This document shows positions 40,900 through 55,324 of a stretch of 64,000 nucleotides of DNA, piece by piece. The stretch is from Trichosphaerium sp. ATCC 40318 (taxonomy: Eukaryota > Protista > Tubulinea). Numbering within the stretch: the first letter of the stretch is position 1; every line of letters starts with the position of its first letter. A program made the translations under genes and the position numbers. Below the pieces are notes generated by a model. The model made no database searches and was not told the origin of the DNA. It saw only the letters and a program-made list of their open reading frames with translations. The DNA lies in the NCBI GenBank assembly GCA_038496445.1, contig JALMLS010000447.1:62001-126000 (forward strand). Reading direction: 5' to 3'.

Positions 40900-42875
40900 T
40901 TATACAGAAGAAAGTGCTTGTTTTAGGTCTTCAATCAAATCTATCGAATCCTCACATCCAACAGATAAACGAATAAGTCCATCCGTGATTCCAGCCTATT
41001 TGCAGTAAAGTCAATTACACGAATAATTAAAAAAAAAAAAAACAAATAATCTTCATGATTGAGCTTTTGTTTTGATTACCTTTAAGCGTTGTTCACGTGG
41101 CACCATAGCATGTGTCATTGAAGCAGCATGTTCTATTAGACTTTCAACACCACCAAGAGATACAGCCAAGGTGATAATCTTAACACTCTCAATGAGTTTC
41201 TTTCCTGCATCGACACCTCCTAAAATCAAGAAAAAACTTAGACTTGAACTTGCTTTGCATGCCCTTTGGGCGCAACGACGTGCCTTTGACTTCGAAAGAA
41301 ACCATGCCTCCAAATCCTCTATTCATTTGACGCTTTGCTAGTTCATGATCAGGGTGAGACTTTAGACCTGGGTAGAATACTACATCAATCTTGTCATGAC
41401 TCTCAAGATATTTTGCAATAGTAAGAGCATTAGAGTTTTGTTGATTCATCCTCATCGCTAATGTTTTGATACCACGTCCGAGAAGGTAAGCATCAAAAGG
41501 AGACATACAACCCCCAAATAGCTTCTGGGTCTATAAAAGGTAAGTGAGGTCGCCAGATTGTCATGAAACGAAGAATCCAAAAAATAAAAATGGCAAAAAA
41601 GTCAAAGAAAAGAAAAAGAGAGATTGGTTTTGGGTTCTAAGTAGGTACCTGAAAAATCTTTGCTTCTAGATCCTTTCTTTTGACTGTAACTGTACCTCCT
41701 AGAACATCACTGTGTCCTCCTAGGTACTTTGTTGCCGAATGAATTGATACATCTGTAAAACAAAAAAAAAAGTTAGTTGTTGTTTTTACTTCCATTTCTT
41801 TCTTTCTTTCTTGACGACGTACCAACTCCAAGTGCTAGAGCTTGCTGGTTATAAGGAGAAGCAAATGTTCCGTCAACCATAGTCGTAATGCCTTTTTTTC
41901 AAAAGTAAGAGATGGAGGACTTGTACAACAACAAAGAAACTAACAACTTTTTTTTTTCTATTTCTGTTCTAAGTACTCACCTTTTTCTTTACCGAGTTTA
42001 CCGAGAGCTTCCAAGTCAAAAATCGTTAAATTAGGATTATTAGGCGTTTCACCGTAAAGAACTTTCGTATTTGGTTTAATAGCAGCTTTGTAATCATCAA
42101 TCGAAGAAGAGTCAACCTTTGGGTACTTTTTAGTTCAAAAAACCCAAATAGAAATTTCTCGCCAGCAACAACGTGACATCACGTGATACTTCCAAAAAAA
42201 ACACGCACCATAGTAACTTCAATACCATAAGATGGTAATGTGGAAGAAAAGAGCTCGTGAGTGCCGCCTAAAGCTCAATAAACGCGACTCTTTAGAACAA
42301 ACTCTTTTGGAAAAAACCCTTGAGTGAACACGTGCCATAGATACGCTGAGATGATACCACGTGATCACCTGCGCGTAAACATGCCATCAAACTTGTAGTA
42401 ATAGCAGCCATACCGGAAGAAAATAAAAAGGTCTTATTTCTAAACCAGCACGTGTCAGAAAGAACACAAAAGAAGTGTTTTGATCAAAAACGCTGTTTTA
42501 AAAGTTTTGTTGTTTTTTTTCAGTTGGTAGGTACCCTTTCTCAATATCTGACACTACTTTCGCAACGCTTTCGTTCGTAGGGTTACCCCAACGTATGTAG
42601 AGCATTGATGATTCATCATCAGCTATTTGTTCCCTATTACAAAGATTCGCGCCTATAATGGTCATAAATACGTTAAGCGAGCTATTTAGTGTTGTTTTAC
42701 CGTGTTTAGCGCTTTTTAGTCTGTAAGTAGTGCTTGGGTAAATAGGTAACGCTACTGGGTCCACTGGTGTCTCTATAGGATACCCACGAACGCATTGGGT
42801 TGCTATTTGATCGTTTTTGTGACATTCCTCTGATTTTTCATTGTCCTTTTCAGTAACGCCTTTACCACTTGACAT
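40900..42875 (-). CDS. Cystathionine/methionine gamma-lyase (PLP-dependent Cys/Met metabolism family)
   Basis: [74 protein letters not shown]. Confidence 0.93.
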
Positions 42876-43333
42876 TTTGACTTGTGACCTTACTGTGAGT
42901 AGTCTACAAAGGTTAAATACTTTAAGGCAAGTGTCACCACGAATTCATTAGAAATGGAGGTGAAATCACGTTTTCTTTAGCGTTAAAAAAAGTGATGTCA
43001 ATCCCGAAAATCCTTGTTGGATTCGGATGCCGATAGGCGCTGTCAACTCTGCCATATATGCATTATCATCACTTTCAGTATAAATCCGATATCTTAGAGC
43101 GTAGTGGATAGATTTGCTCCAAAATCAGGATTCCAAACAACATTCAACTCGTTGCTATGCCTTACTTTATTCCTTGGATATACATGACCTGATACTCACG
43201 CCATGTGAAAATATATCTTAAAACATTCAGTACAAATGTGTAAAGTTGTATGATTAGTCAGGACATAGTAACACAATGCAACTATACGAAGACTTGCATG
43301 AAAAAATATAGACAATTTTATTTTGTACATAGA

Positions 43334-44072
43334 TTAATCAGAAAGAAGTGAAGGATCATCAAAGGCCTCAAGTGCGACACCAAGCTTCTTTTTTCTATCT
43401 TTTGTAATGACACGAACATAAGGTTTTAGTAATTTAGCGAAATCATTCAAGTTCTTCCTGCCAACTGCGAAGCAAGGCGTAGTTCCTAACAACCAATAAG
43501 ATTTTTTTCATTTTTTTTCAAAGATAGTACCTTTGCCGTCTGGATCACGTGCATATAGTCTCACTTGATCTTTAGATGTTTTGTTTGTGATTTTACCCAT
43601 TGTCCATTGTTTATCTCCGCTAAGCACAAGTGGAATACAGTGATTAGGCTGTCCAATAGGTCCTGAACAAGAATAAGTACTGAAGTTCAAAAATCATGTT
43701 CGAAGTGTACCTCTGGCTTCTTCATACAGGACAAGAAGAGCATTCTGAACTCTTTCATCTTCCTTTTGGACATAGACCATTATAAAACAAGGTGTTGGCT
43801 TTGCTCGACTTGCTGTTTTGAACATATGAAATGGCCTAACAGAATGAGTACGTGACAAACTTATTTATGTATAGTACCAATAGCCAATAGGAGATACGAT
43901 GGTGTCAGCATTATTTATCTCTTCTTGAAGTGATTTTAAGTCAGATTGAACACCTCCAATGGCAGTAGGTCCGAAGTAGTGTCCTTTAATTTTGATTGTC
44001 TAAAAATCACGTGTTATGTTTAAATGTAATAAGTCAGAACGAAAAAAGCCATACGTTTTCAGAGTCAGACAT
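43334..44072 (-). CDS. Hypothetical protein (about 180 aa, 5 exons)
   Basis: Clean GT-AG splicing gives MSDSEN|TIKIKGHYFGPTAIGG...GTTPCFAVGRKNL...DPSLLSD*; no family recognised. Confidence 0.6.
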
Positions 44073-44709
44073 TAGTGTTGTTTAGTTGATTTGTTTGTGT
44101 TGTAGTTGTTGTTCTTGTTGATTGTTTTTGAGAATGATTTTAAGTACCTAGTAAACTTATGCCTTAACTCCTTTCACTTAAATCTCGAACGTCTCTTTTT
44201 ACCACGTTCTTATCTCGGACTATTTCAGTGTTATATTTCAATACACACCATACGCACGCAATAGGAAGCGAATATTATTACTTCGAGAACTAGCGGGCAA
44301 GTCAGGGAAAAAAAATAATAGAAAACAGTATCGTGCACCACTCCATTCACTGTTTAAGCTTTTGATTATATTGCGACATCTTTGCCACAGTTACATGTGA
44401 TATTATCAGGGCGTAGTGGATAACACCCTAGAAATAAACAATTGTTATCATTCAAAACAGTGCGCGGTTGGCTTGTGCAGCTGGTTACTAACACTTTTTC
44501 TACTTCTGTTTTCGAAAAAACTTTCTATTAGTAACACGTGTTTTGAATTTTGTGTTTGTAATATGCGCAGTGCTATTTCGCACAGGAAGACTACCCATCA
44601 AGTTGGCGCTGTGCATCAAAAACCTCTTTGCATATTATAAAAGAAGACATATTTATTAAGCATCATTTGCGTTGCTACTGAGAAAGTAGTAACGATTGCA
44701 TGTCCCCAT

Positions 44710-45485
44710 TTAATCAGTGAGTACTCTAAAAACACGAGCAGTAACAAGGTATCCTGCTACACCAAACTGCCTGCAATAGTTGTTTCGAAGAGGTAATGTG
44801 CAAGCGGGGCATTTGAAAATTTGAGCTTTTACATCCACAGTTGAACTTGGTATCCCTAAGTGAGAGTACTATAACAAGAAGTATTACGTTAGTATCAACT
44901 CATTAGTAAGGGGTTATCTATCGTACACCTGTGAAATAGCTGGTATTGCTAATTGCACCATTTGTTGGTGATATTCTTATGCATACTGTATAATTGTTAT
45001 TGCTATTGCCGGTATGAAGAGACTCAAAAATGATAAGCCATGCATATTTCTCGTTGTCTTTTTCACGTAAAGCCTTTTCAAGCTTAGAAACACGTGATGA
45101 TAATCTTTTAATCAATTCACGTTGATCAACAGATACTCTAGTTAATGTCAAAGTAAACGACTCAGTTCCTAATGTTTGCTTTAAACTGCACTTAAATACT
45201 AAACTAGAACCCTAGAAGTCACGTGTCAGTTAATCTTAATTAATATCTTGTTATTCAATACCTGCTGTTCAAGGCAAAGTGTCGCTTCAGAGACAGATGT
45301 GTCAACAGCGCTCTCTAGGAACTTACAGAGAATGCCACCAGTTCTTTAATCGCTCAGTTAAAACCCACAAAACAAGACTACGGTTCGTACTTTATGACAT
45401 GATCTGTTTCACCCCTTAATTGTTCCAGTGTAAAAACACCCTTGTATTCTTCCATCGTACTTGAAGACAAATCAGTATTATCCAT
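44710..45485 (-). CDS. Hypothetical protein with a coiled-coil
   Basis: MDNTDLSSSTMEEYKGVFTLEQL...SFTLTLTRVSVDQRELIKRLSSRVSKLEKALREK...; several exons. Confidence 0.5.
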
Positions 45486-45981
45486 TACAAGTCTGTTTTA
45501 GATCGTTTTTTTCATTGTCGTACGTATCATTGTAAGCAGTGACAGTCACGGCGTTGTTGCTGTCTTGAACAGATATTTTGAACGGTTTAATAGTAAACGA
45601 AACTGTTTGCTGTTCTTCTGCCATGTGTACGCGTCTCAGGTTCTCTATTTATCTTGTGGTGTTTTATTGACGATGTTAGCAACTTGATGGAGGTGTCAGT
45701 TCCTTTGGTGTTAAGTTATGTTTACCTGTCACCCAAGAACTTGTAACCTCTTTTTTGCGATAGCCTACGCTACAATAATAGCTTTTATAGCACCCAGGAC
45801 CCATCTAAGATCAACACACCAATTCTTCGTTTGTACCAGCCACGTCTTCTCTGGATAGGCATAGTTCGTATGGTAAACGCGTTATAACAAACAGTATTAC
45901 CAAACATGACCTTAACTGCTTTTTGAGCGGTAAAAATAACGTCCAGTCAAAAAAATCTCCCTGTTCCCATATTCCTCTGTG

Positions 45982-48900
45982 ATGTCTAGAGAACGCACAG
46001 AGAGCGTTGGTATTCCAATAAAGCAGCGCCCTGTAGACGACGAACAGGAAGATGCGTACGTTGAAGGTTTTTTGTATTTTTTCAGGTTTTAAAGTTCCTC
46101 CGTTTCGTTAACTTGGTTTTCATTAGTGCTCCTCAAGTATACGTTACCAAAGGTAAGTAAAGTACAAAAGTTGGCTTTTTGTCTTACCACGTCTTTAGAG
46201 GTATACGACCACAAAGCAGTAGTCCCTGAGGAGCATGCATCCGTACTATGGGCTTACTTTGCGAGTTACTTGCCTTCGGGTGCGTTTTTTGAAACAAAAA
46301 CTCCTCCAGCGCTAAGAATAACGCCATTTAGATGAAGCAAACATTCAAAAGCACTATGTGTTTCACTCAGAGTACTCTTTGTGTCAAACGCGCAAAAACA
46401 TTGTTGAAAACAAAATGTCCGCTTATCAAGCGTTAGCGTTATCGTACGTTAATTTTAAGACCATTTTAGCTCTTAAAGCTACTTTTTGCGAACGCAACGA
46501 ATTTGTAGCAAACTCTCGGTTTTTCAGTTTGCGCTTACCGTAGCGTTTTCTACCACTTAAGAGCGTACCAGCGCAGTTTATAGGGTTGCAAAAGGAGCAT
46601 TTTTATTAGCCCGAACTTTAAAAGTATCTTAACGTTTACGTAGTGTTCGTGATCGCCTAACAGAGCGCTGGAAGGATACAGAAATATTTTTCAGGCAGAA
46701 AAAGGTATTATAGTCTTTCCGTTCCCAAATTCGTTCTTATTGCCTTACGTTGCGTTATATGTCGTATATTAAAGTATTATTTAGTGCAAGCGTATCTATT
46801 ACTTGTCTCTAGAGTATTTGCTTGGTCGCTCTCTACAAAATGCTATTCTAAATCTCAGTATTGATAACAGCTATGGTAGAGCTCTACGTGATTTGGGTAT
46901 CCAGATGGAAGAGTTATACGAGTTGGTAAGCTATTGGTGTTGAGATATTCCATCAAACTTTTTTTCTTTTTTTTTTTTTTGCTTTTTGAAGAAAAACCCC
47001 TGCACTAGAATTGAATCAGTTTTGTCAAATCGTACTGCTCTCTTTTAAGCGTGATTCGCGAGATATTTAAAGTCTTTTTTCATAGGAAACCGACGCTGGT
47101 CTTGGTAATGGCGGTTTGGGTCGATTGGCTGCTTGTTACATGGACTCTATGGCTACTCTTAACCTCCCAGCTATGGGATACGGTTTACGCTACAAATACG
47201 GTATTTTCCGTCAAGCAATACGCGAAGGCTACCAAATTGAGATGCCTGACTACTGGCTCAAGTTTGGTAACGCTTGGGAAGTTAAGAGGTTCGACGTTCA
47301 ATACGAGATTCAATTCTACGGTAGATTGAGAGAGAAGGGTAAAACAAGTGATGGAGTTACATTGGTATGCGATAACAGCTTTTTTGAGAGTTTTTAGAGC
47401 TCTAAAAACGTTTTATTTTTATTATTCCTTGTTGGCTTCCTTTGTGCTTATCTCTCCCTTTTAGTACGACTGGGAAGACACTCAAAAGGTTGTAGCTGTT
47501 GCTTACGATGTGCCTGTACCAGGTTACGATACCTTTAACGCATTGAACATGCGTCTGTGGAGTTCTGCTCCTTCTCAGGTATGTTATAACGTTTTTTTAC
47601 TAAGAAATCTCATGAAGCAAACTTTGTGTTTGGTCACCGTTCTTTTACCGTCTTGTCACTCTGTAGCACTGTTAGTAACATGTATTGTTGTAGGAGTTTG
47701 ATCTCAACTCTTTTAATGCTGGTAACTACATGCAAGCTGTAGATGAGCGTCAACAAGCTGAGACAATTACCAGTGTTCTTTACCCTAATGATAATACTAC
47801 TGGTGGTAAGGAGCTTCGTTTGAAGCAACAATACTTCTTTGTGTCTGCTACATTGCAAGATATCTTGAGAAGATTCAAAAGACTTGGACTTGAATGGGAA
47901 GAACTACCAAACCACGTGCGTTTTTTACTTAAACTAAAGTCACAGCAAAACAACTTTTTTTGAGTTTTGACCTTTTGACCTTGATGTTGGCCTGTTGGTG
48001 TGTGTCTAACTTTTTTCGTATAGGCTGTAATCCAATTGAATGATACTCACCCTGCTCTTGCTATTCCAGAGCTCATACGTATTCTTCTTGATGAGGTATG
48101 ATGAATGACTGGGTTCAATTTTTTTTTTGGATCATTTCGTGCTGTATTCTTTGCTTGTGAAGGTATGCTGATGCGTTTTTTTAGGAGGGTTTGACATGGG
48201 AACGTGCATGGAGTATCTGTACCAAAACTTTTTGCTACACAAACCACACAGTACTCCCTGAAGCCTTGGAGAAATGGAGTGTTGAGCTATTCGAATCTCT
48301 TCTCCCTCGCCAACTCAAACTTCTGTACCACATCAACCACGTCTTTTTGGAGCAATACAGAGCTGACCATAACCCTACTGACGATGAAATCCGTCGTGTG
48401 TCAATCTTCCAAGACGACCCACGCAAAATCCGTATGGCTAACCTTGCAATCATTGGAAGTAAATTTATCAACGGTGTTGCCGCCATTCACTCCCAAATTG
48501 TCAAAGATCACATCTTCCCTGACTTTTATAAAATGTGGCCAAAGAAGTTCCAGAATGTCACCAACGGTGTTACACCAAGAAGGCACGTGTTTATATTTTT
48601 TAAACTCGTATCAGCTGCAACCATTTTTTTTTTGTTTTTTTTGTTTTTTTATATTTCTTTTGGTACACTACTTACACTGATTAGATGGCTTCACCAAGCC
48701 AATCCTGGACTCAGTAAACTTATTACACGCTTTATGCGTACTTCTAAGTGGGTGAGTGAACTCGGATTGCTTAAGGGATTGGTTAAGTTCAGTGATGATG
48801 AGAAGTTCTTGAAAAAATGGCAAAAGGTTAAACTAGCCAATAAAGTGCGTCTTGCAAAATGGATCAAGGAAAACCTTGATGTTACTGTTGATCCAAATGC

Positions 48901-50385
48901 TCTCTTTGATATCCAAGTCAAACGTATTCATGAGTACAAACGTCAATTGATGAACATTATGGGGTATGGTTTTTGTTTCAACCAAAAAAAATCAACAAGT
49001 TTCTTTCGTTTCTTTTTTCTCTTTCTCTACTACCCTTAGCTATCAGTTGATTATTAAATATGAATCTAATATGCCTTTTTTAGTGTTATGTACCGTTACA
49101 GACAAATCAAGGGTATGACCGACGAGGTATGCGCTCAGAGTTCTTCTTTTTTTATGAATATTCGTTTTGGTTTTTTTTTTGCTTGTTTGTTATCAAGTAC
49201 TAACTTCTTTTGTTTTAGGAACGCGCTGACTGTGTGCCACGTGTTGTAATGTTTGGCGGTAAAGCCGCTCCTGGCTACAGAAGTGCTAAATTGATCATCA
49301 AATTGATCTCCACTGTATCTGCTGTTATCAACAATGATCCTGAAATTGGTGATTTGCTCAAGGTCCTCTTCTTGCCAAATTACAGCGTATCACTCGCAGA
49401 AATTATTATTCCAGCCAGTGACATCTCTCAACATATTTCAACTGCCGGTTTGGAAGCATCAGGCACAAGGTATGTATCACTTAAATCTCTCCGTTTCGAT
49501 AGTTTCGTCTAATTTATATGACTTAGTAACATGAAGTTTGCACTCAACGGTGGTCTCATCTTGGGTACTATGGATGGAGCAAATGTTGAGATTTGTGAAG
49601 AAATCGGTAAAGAGAACATGTTCATCTTTGGTACACTTGCACATGATGTTGCAGAAGTCCGCAATAAGTTGAGGTGCGTAAATCGATTCTTTTTGTCACA
49701 AAAAATCTCGACACAAAGTCGTTTTCTTACTGGTCTTTAATGTCACTCGATTTGACTTTTTTTTGTAGAAGCGGAGAATACAAGTGTGATCCAAGATGGT
49801 ATGAGACTCTCCAACTTATGCGTCAAGGGTACAACTAATTGTGTTCGAAAGAACTTCATACTCACTTTTTTTTCTGCTTTTAGACACTTTGGTAACTTCC
49901 CAGAGCTCCATGAACTCTGCAATCTTTGCAACAAGGAGAATGACCATTATATTCTCGGTGTTGATTTCCCTGGATGGCTAGAAGCCCAAGAACGCATTGA
50001 TGCTGCCTACAAAGACCAAACAAAATGGACTAAGATGTCAATTGCCAGTACGTTTTTTTTTGTGTTTCAATTCTGTTGCTTTTTTCTACGTACTAATACT
50101 GTTGTAGGTACCGCTTGTATGAGCAAGTTCTCTTCTGATCGTAGTATCCAAGATTACGCAGATAATATTTGGAACCTTTCTGCTGCTAAGCGCCCAGGAC
50201 CAGTTTCTGTATCTGGAGAAGAAATGGCAAAGTCTGGTATTGTACCACAAGCCTCTCTTTCTGCTGGAAGTCCTCCTTCTTTTGGTGATACACCAATCGC
50301 TATTGAGCGTCTAACACCTCAAGATCGTATGACTGTCATGCAATTCTCACCTGGATATCGTGCTACACACCCAGGAGAGTTTTAA
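45982..50385 (+). CDS. Glycogen/starch phosphorylase
   Basis: [83 protein letters not shown] (PLP lysine), [12 protein letters not shown]. Confidence 0.98.
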
Positions 50386-50850
50386 AAAAAAAACCCTACT
50401 AAGAAAAAAATAAGAAAGTGAAGAATCGCTTCGTTTTTAATTTGGACCCATAAAATTACCACTTACATACGCCTGGGTGATGTCATTCGAGATCTTGCAT
50501 CATTTGCACAATAATGATTTACATGTAAACCACGTGATTGTTGAAAAAAAAAAGAATAAAACTCTGTTTCTAAGACTTTCTACTGCTTTATCAACTGATA
50601 CATTTGTTTATATTTTTAAACCAACTAGTCTGTAGGATGACTGAACTCTACTTTACGCTCTACACACTGTATAATCTAAACTACTTATGGGCCTGATTGA
50701 CGTGCATTCTCAATTAGAACCTTTCACTTTCAGCAGAACGTGAGTGCTCATAAATGTTTGAAACATTTTTTATGAAGGAGTATATTGTTAAAATGCACGC
50801 GTTTGGGCTTGTCCACGTGCGTGAATGAATTTATTTAGGTAAAGTATATA

Positions 50851-51867
50851 TTAGCAATCAGTACATTCTTTGGAAGCTCCTGAAATCCAATTAATCAAGT
50901 AATGTCCCCTGTTAAACCTTATAAGCTACAGTGCACATTATATGAAAACAAGAAGTTACCTGTTGTGTCCATGAAAACCAAATTGATCTTCCTCTCCGAG
51001 AGCCCAAATGACGTGCATGAAATCATTTACAAGTGGCCAGTCAGCCTTTGTATCCCTGGAGGTACATCATTTAATTATCAACGACAACTCAATTTCGTGT
51101 ACCCTGTATCTAGAGCACGTGTCCATGACACGAAAGATGACGAAGAGGTGCGTTCATACGAAACCATTTTTACATTTTCTACACCTCCCAAAGCTGTATC
51201 TATTTCGTAAAGTGTCAGTTTCGAACTTGGCTCAAAATATCATCCTTGTCGTACCATTTAAAGGTGCTGTGTATGCTGAATCCTTCCTGTACACAAAAGC
51301 ATTAATAAATCGAGATGGTGATGAATACTAGTGTACGCATTGTTAGCATATCTGTCCGAGACGGAAGCTTGATTGTTGCTATCAAAAACAGCAATGACGT
51401 AATCGCTGCTGTACATGTCGTGGTAGTCTTGACCTAATTCATTTATAAGTCACTCTCTTCTCTTAAAACACGTGGAGATACTCCGAAGACTGCTAAAAAA
51501 GACAACATTTTCCTTTGAAAAATCAAGGATTCAATGCGGAATTTTCTGAAATATTGTTTTTCGGAAAATCCCCATAGTCAGTATGTACCTGTTGATCCGT
51601 ATTCATGCCAACCTAGTCCTATCCATACCTATTTTGTTCAAGTCAGAAAGAATCCAAACAAAATCGTACGCACTTGTTTGTTTGTTGTCATATTTACAGT
51701 GATGCTATCAGAATCTACCTTTGAGAGGGTGTAAGCTTGGTTGAAACCTCTCGAGTGTGAAATACCTGCCAAGCTACTTTCAAGCTTCCGTCTAGAAACG
51801 TTACTGTAAAAGGAGACTGTGCTAAAAGACCACTAGCGAATAGAAAAAGAACGACAAGGAGACGCAT
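50851..51867 (-). CDS. Secreted DOMON-domain protein, copy 2
   Basis: Close paralog of 15917-16826 with the same exon structure; ends SKECTDC*. Confidence 0.8.
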
Positions 51868-52701
51868 TGGTATGAAGTATACTGTTGAGAAAAATGACAT
51901 CATATTTCCGTTCACAAAATGTCACAAAATTCCACGCGACAAGCCGCCACTTAATCAGGAACACCTCGCAATAGATAAGAAACAATAGCCATAAGCACAT
52001 ACAATCCGTATTAAAGGCGTCAGTTTTAGTGTTAAGCCACTGTGAACGTAAGCGTGCTGAAATACTTCCTTTTTTGTACAATTTTATGTATAAACAGCCA
52101 GTAGTCTAACCAAACGCTCTCGCGTTATGTATGAATAGTATGAATACTTGAATAGAAGTCATATTCAGTAGTATTCATGACTAAAAAGTAAGTCATCATT
52201 CACTACAACGCAAAATTTGCCTTGCAGCGTGATTTTAGTGTTACTGTTACCACAACATTGTGTTTTCGTACAACTGTTAACAAATACAGCATTCATAGTT
52301 TTCTAACTGTAAAATATTTGGTAACAAGTAGTACTACGCTCACGAAATGATACCAGGGACGTTATGGTGTAAAAAAATCACGTGACAAATATCTATTTTT
52401 TAAAACGGCCCAAGTAATAAAGGTAACTTTGGGAGTCATTGTAATTAAGAAAAGCCCTTAGGGTGAAACTGAGCTACAAAGTGTAAATATTAAAGGTGCT
52501 ACTGATAATCAGTGCGTTATTGAGGCATGTTTCTTCAGGGATACAGTTGTCTGATGTGAACAGTAAAATGTACTTTTTTTTTTTCAAAAAAGTAAAATGT
52601 ACTCAGTGTAATTCTCTTATCAATCACAGGTCTTGCTGCAGAGTAAAGTGTAGTACATATATCAACAAGTATCTAATCTTGTCATATACACTTACTATTT
52701 T

Positions 52702-54150
52702 TTAATCAAAGTTCTTAGAACATCTGTGCTTTGACATGAACATTGGTGTATGAAAGGATCCTAGGGAGAAAAAGTTAATGTCTGTAACATTTTTTTTTAA
52801 TAACTTGTTTACGTTAAGAGCATCTGAAGTCGAAAACCTTTGTTCAGGATCTCTTACCAAGCACCTCTTTACAAATTTTGTGAATCCACTGCTCCACTTT
52901 TCTGGTTCTGTAAAGAAAGGCGGTGGATCTCGCATTATGGCAAGTATCATCTTAGAAAAAAAAATCACTATTTAAGAAGACAAATTGTTTAAAACCAAAC
53001 GGGTTTATGATTCGACATACTTCAATTGGACGCATTTCACTCCTTGGTGGATGCATCTGAGCCAACTCTATTGCAGTGATACCAATAGACCAAATATCAG
53101 GCTTAATCTAGAGAGAAAGTTGCTTAATTGATACAATTGTTATTAAAAAAGTAAGATGTGTACACCACCTGATGCTCCTATCCTCAGAGCCTCAGGTGCC
53201 ATCCACAGAGGGGAAGGCACAATCGTCTAGTATTGTTCATATCAAATTAATCATGAATAACTTATGCTAGTACCCTGTCTCCATCATATGAGTTGAAGAG
53301 TCCACCTAAAACAAAACAGATGAGAAAAATACTCTTTTTATTCTCTTGTTGCTTACCTAATTTAACATGATAGGAACAACTCAGGAATATCTTGCCTATC
53401 ACCTCAATAAGATAGTTGTTTAAGAAACACATTGCAATGCGTATTTACGATGATAGAAAAAGCAAAATCAATGAGACATACGTGCACCAATTGTGTTGTG
53501 AGATAAACCATTCTTGTGTAATATCTTCAAAGCAAAAAGAGTACTATAAAGAACACGTGCAATCTGCGATTCACTCAAAGGTGAACAATTTCTTTTCATA
53601 ATATCCTCAAATGATCCGAACTTGTAAAACTTTGTTATCACCTAACGAACAAAATGTGAAAAAAAAAAAGAAAAAAAACCACAAAAAAAAATGACTATTG
53701 ATGACTCCAAGTTTTCTCCCTCCGTCATACACTGGGAGTATCCTGTGACCTTAGATACAGTAGCTCGCCATCAAGTGACCACTTCCAAGGGTTCAGCTGG
53801 CACATTAAGTGACATTAGTCAGCATACTCCGTCGTATGACGGACGATTAACAATTCTTGCTGAAACAACGTACAGACGCCACGGAATCTTTAATAGAACC
53901 TTGCGTTATCCTCACAATGTTATGGCATCGTATGGAACCTCTTATTATCTTGATTCTATGGGAATAGGCTGTACGAAGGTCTTTTCTATATACATGTACT
54001 TCTCTAACAACGACAGTGCGTCCAGTATCTAAATCTCTGTATTTTGACACGTCTACGCTCCTTATACGTAGTTTGAGCCGTAATTATCACATAGCACTCT
54101 TAAACAAAGCCCGTACAGCTCACAACCAGTTCTAATCTATCCATAAGGTT
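52702..54150 (-). CDS. STE20-family pseudokinase (STRAD-like motif losses); 5' end uncertain
   Basis: TGRTVVVRE (for VAIK), HNTIGARKIFL (for HRDxK..NIL), VKLGGLFNS (for DFG). C-lobe WMAPE and DIWSIGITAIELA...DPPP...EKWS...KRCLVRDPEQR are intact. Confidence 0.75.
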
Positions 54151-54699
54151 TATATCTTCTACAAGCGTGTTTATACCCTTTTTGAACAACTATTATAATG
54201 ACGGATTGATTCATTGAACGCACTAAAATATTTTTGGCAAGATACTCACCGGTTAACACGTGTTTGCACTTGCAAACATTTTGTTCAACAAGATACACCC
54301 ACAGCTGACACGCCTACTACTTAATCAATGATTCAAAAATAAACCTCCAAAAGTTGTGGTGAGGTCCGTGGTCTCTTAAGATAATGAGACTTCTTGCTTC
54401 TCTTCTTCAAGTCGAAGTTTCTCAGCGGCTTCAGCCCTCAGCACTTCTTGCCTGTATTTGATCTCTATTCTCCTGTTTCGCAACCAATTCAGGCGCGTGA
54501 TAAGGCTATTGTAACGCCCTTCCGTTATGAATACAAGATTTCAATATTAGGTGATTAAGTGACACAACTTTTTGAGTGTCTGTTGATTTGCACGTTCTGT
54601 CACTTGTAGAATCGCTTTTTTTCCACTAATATAGTCAACACATCACATAGCTGATATACTTAACGCTTTATTAATGTGTAGAAATATGACGAGTTCTGT

Positions 54700-55190
54700 T
54701 ACAGCAAGATTTACCTGAATGATACGCTTACGTTACAAGTAAAGGTGTAAAAGCTCTTTCTGGAGTTCATGCTTTTACAAGGCTATATTTATCAGATATT
54801 GTGTTAAGCTCTTGTTGGTGTACAACTTTCTCAGAAAAACGTATCATTGCACTTACCGGCGTTAGTGAAATTCACCTTGCAGGAGTACCAGTAACAGATA
54901 AAGGAACACAAGCTCTCTCTGGTGTTCAAACAATTTATGCTAGTGGTTGTGAGGGCATAACCGATGAAGGAATTAAGAAACTTCCTTCTGTGCATATAAT
55001 AGCCATTGGTGGCACTCCATTTACACAAAAAGGTTGAGCTGAATCACTCAGTGGCGCTACCAATACTTAAACTCTTTTCTTTGTGCAAATTTTCCGAATT
55101 TACAGTTCACACCCACTGCACCATACTTTTTCAGCTCAGCCTCTGTCTCAATTACCTGGTACAAATTTGGAAGCATAAAGGTTAATAGTG
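54700..55190 (+). pseudogene. Decayed member of the LRR family
   Basis: VTDKGTQALSGVQTIYASGCEGITDEGIKKL flanked by stops and frameshifts, with no intact start. Confidence 0.65.
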
Positions 55191-55324
55191 TGCACTAATC
55201 TTCACGTGATTTATAGAGGCGTTCTTGTAGAGTCAAAAAAAAGTGACAGATGAGTTGGTCCAATGATTTCAATTTTCTTCTCACTTTTGGATCAATAAGC
55301 TTGTCTATTCTTCCGAGGCGACTA

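Noticed and set aside
53691-54032. 113-aa plus-strand ORF
   Set aside because: Antisense to the pseudokinase N-lobe exon and intron, with no recognisable features.
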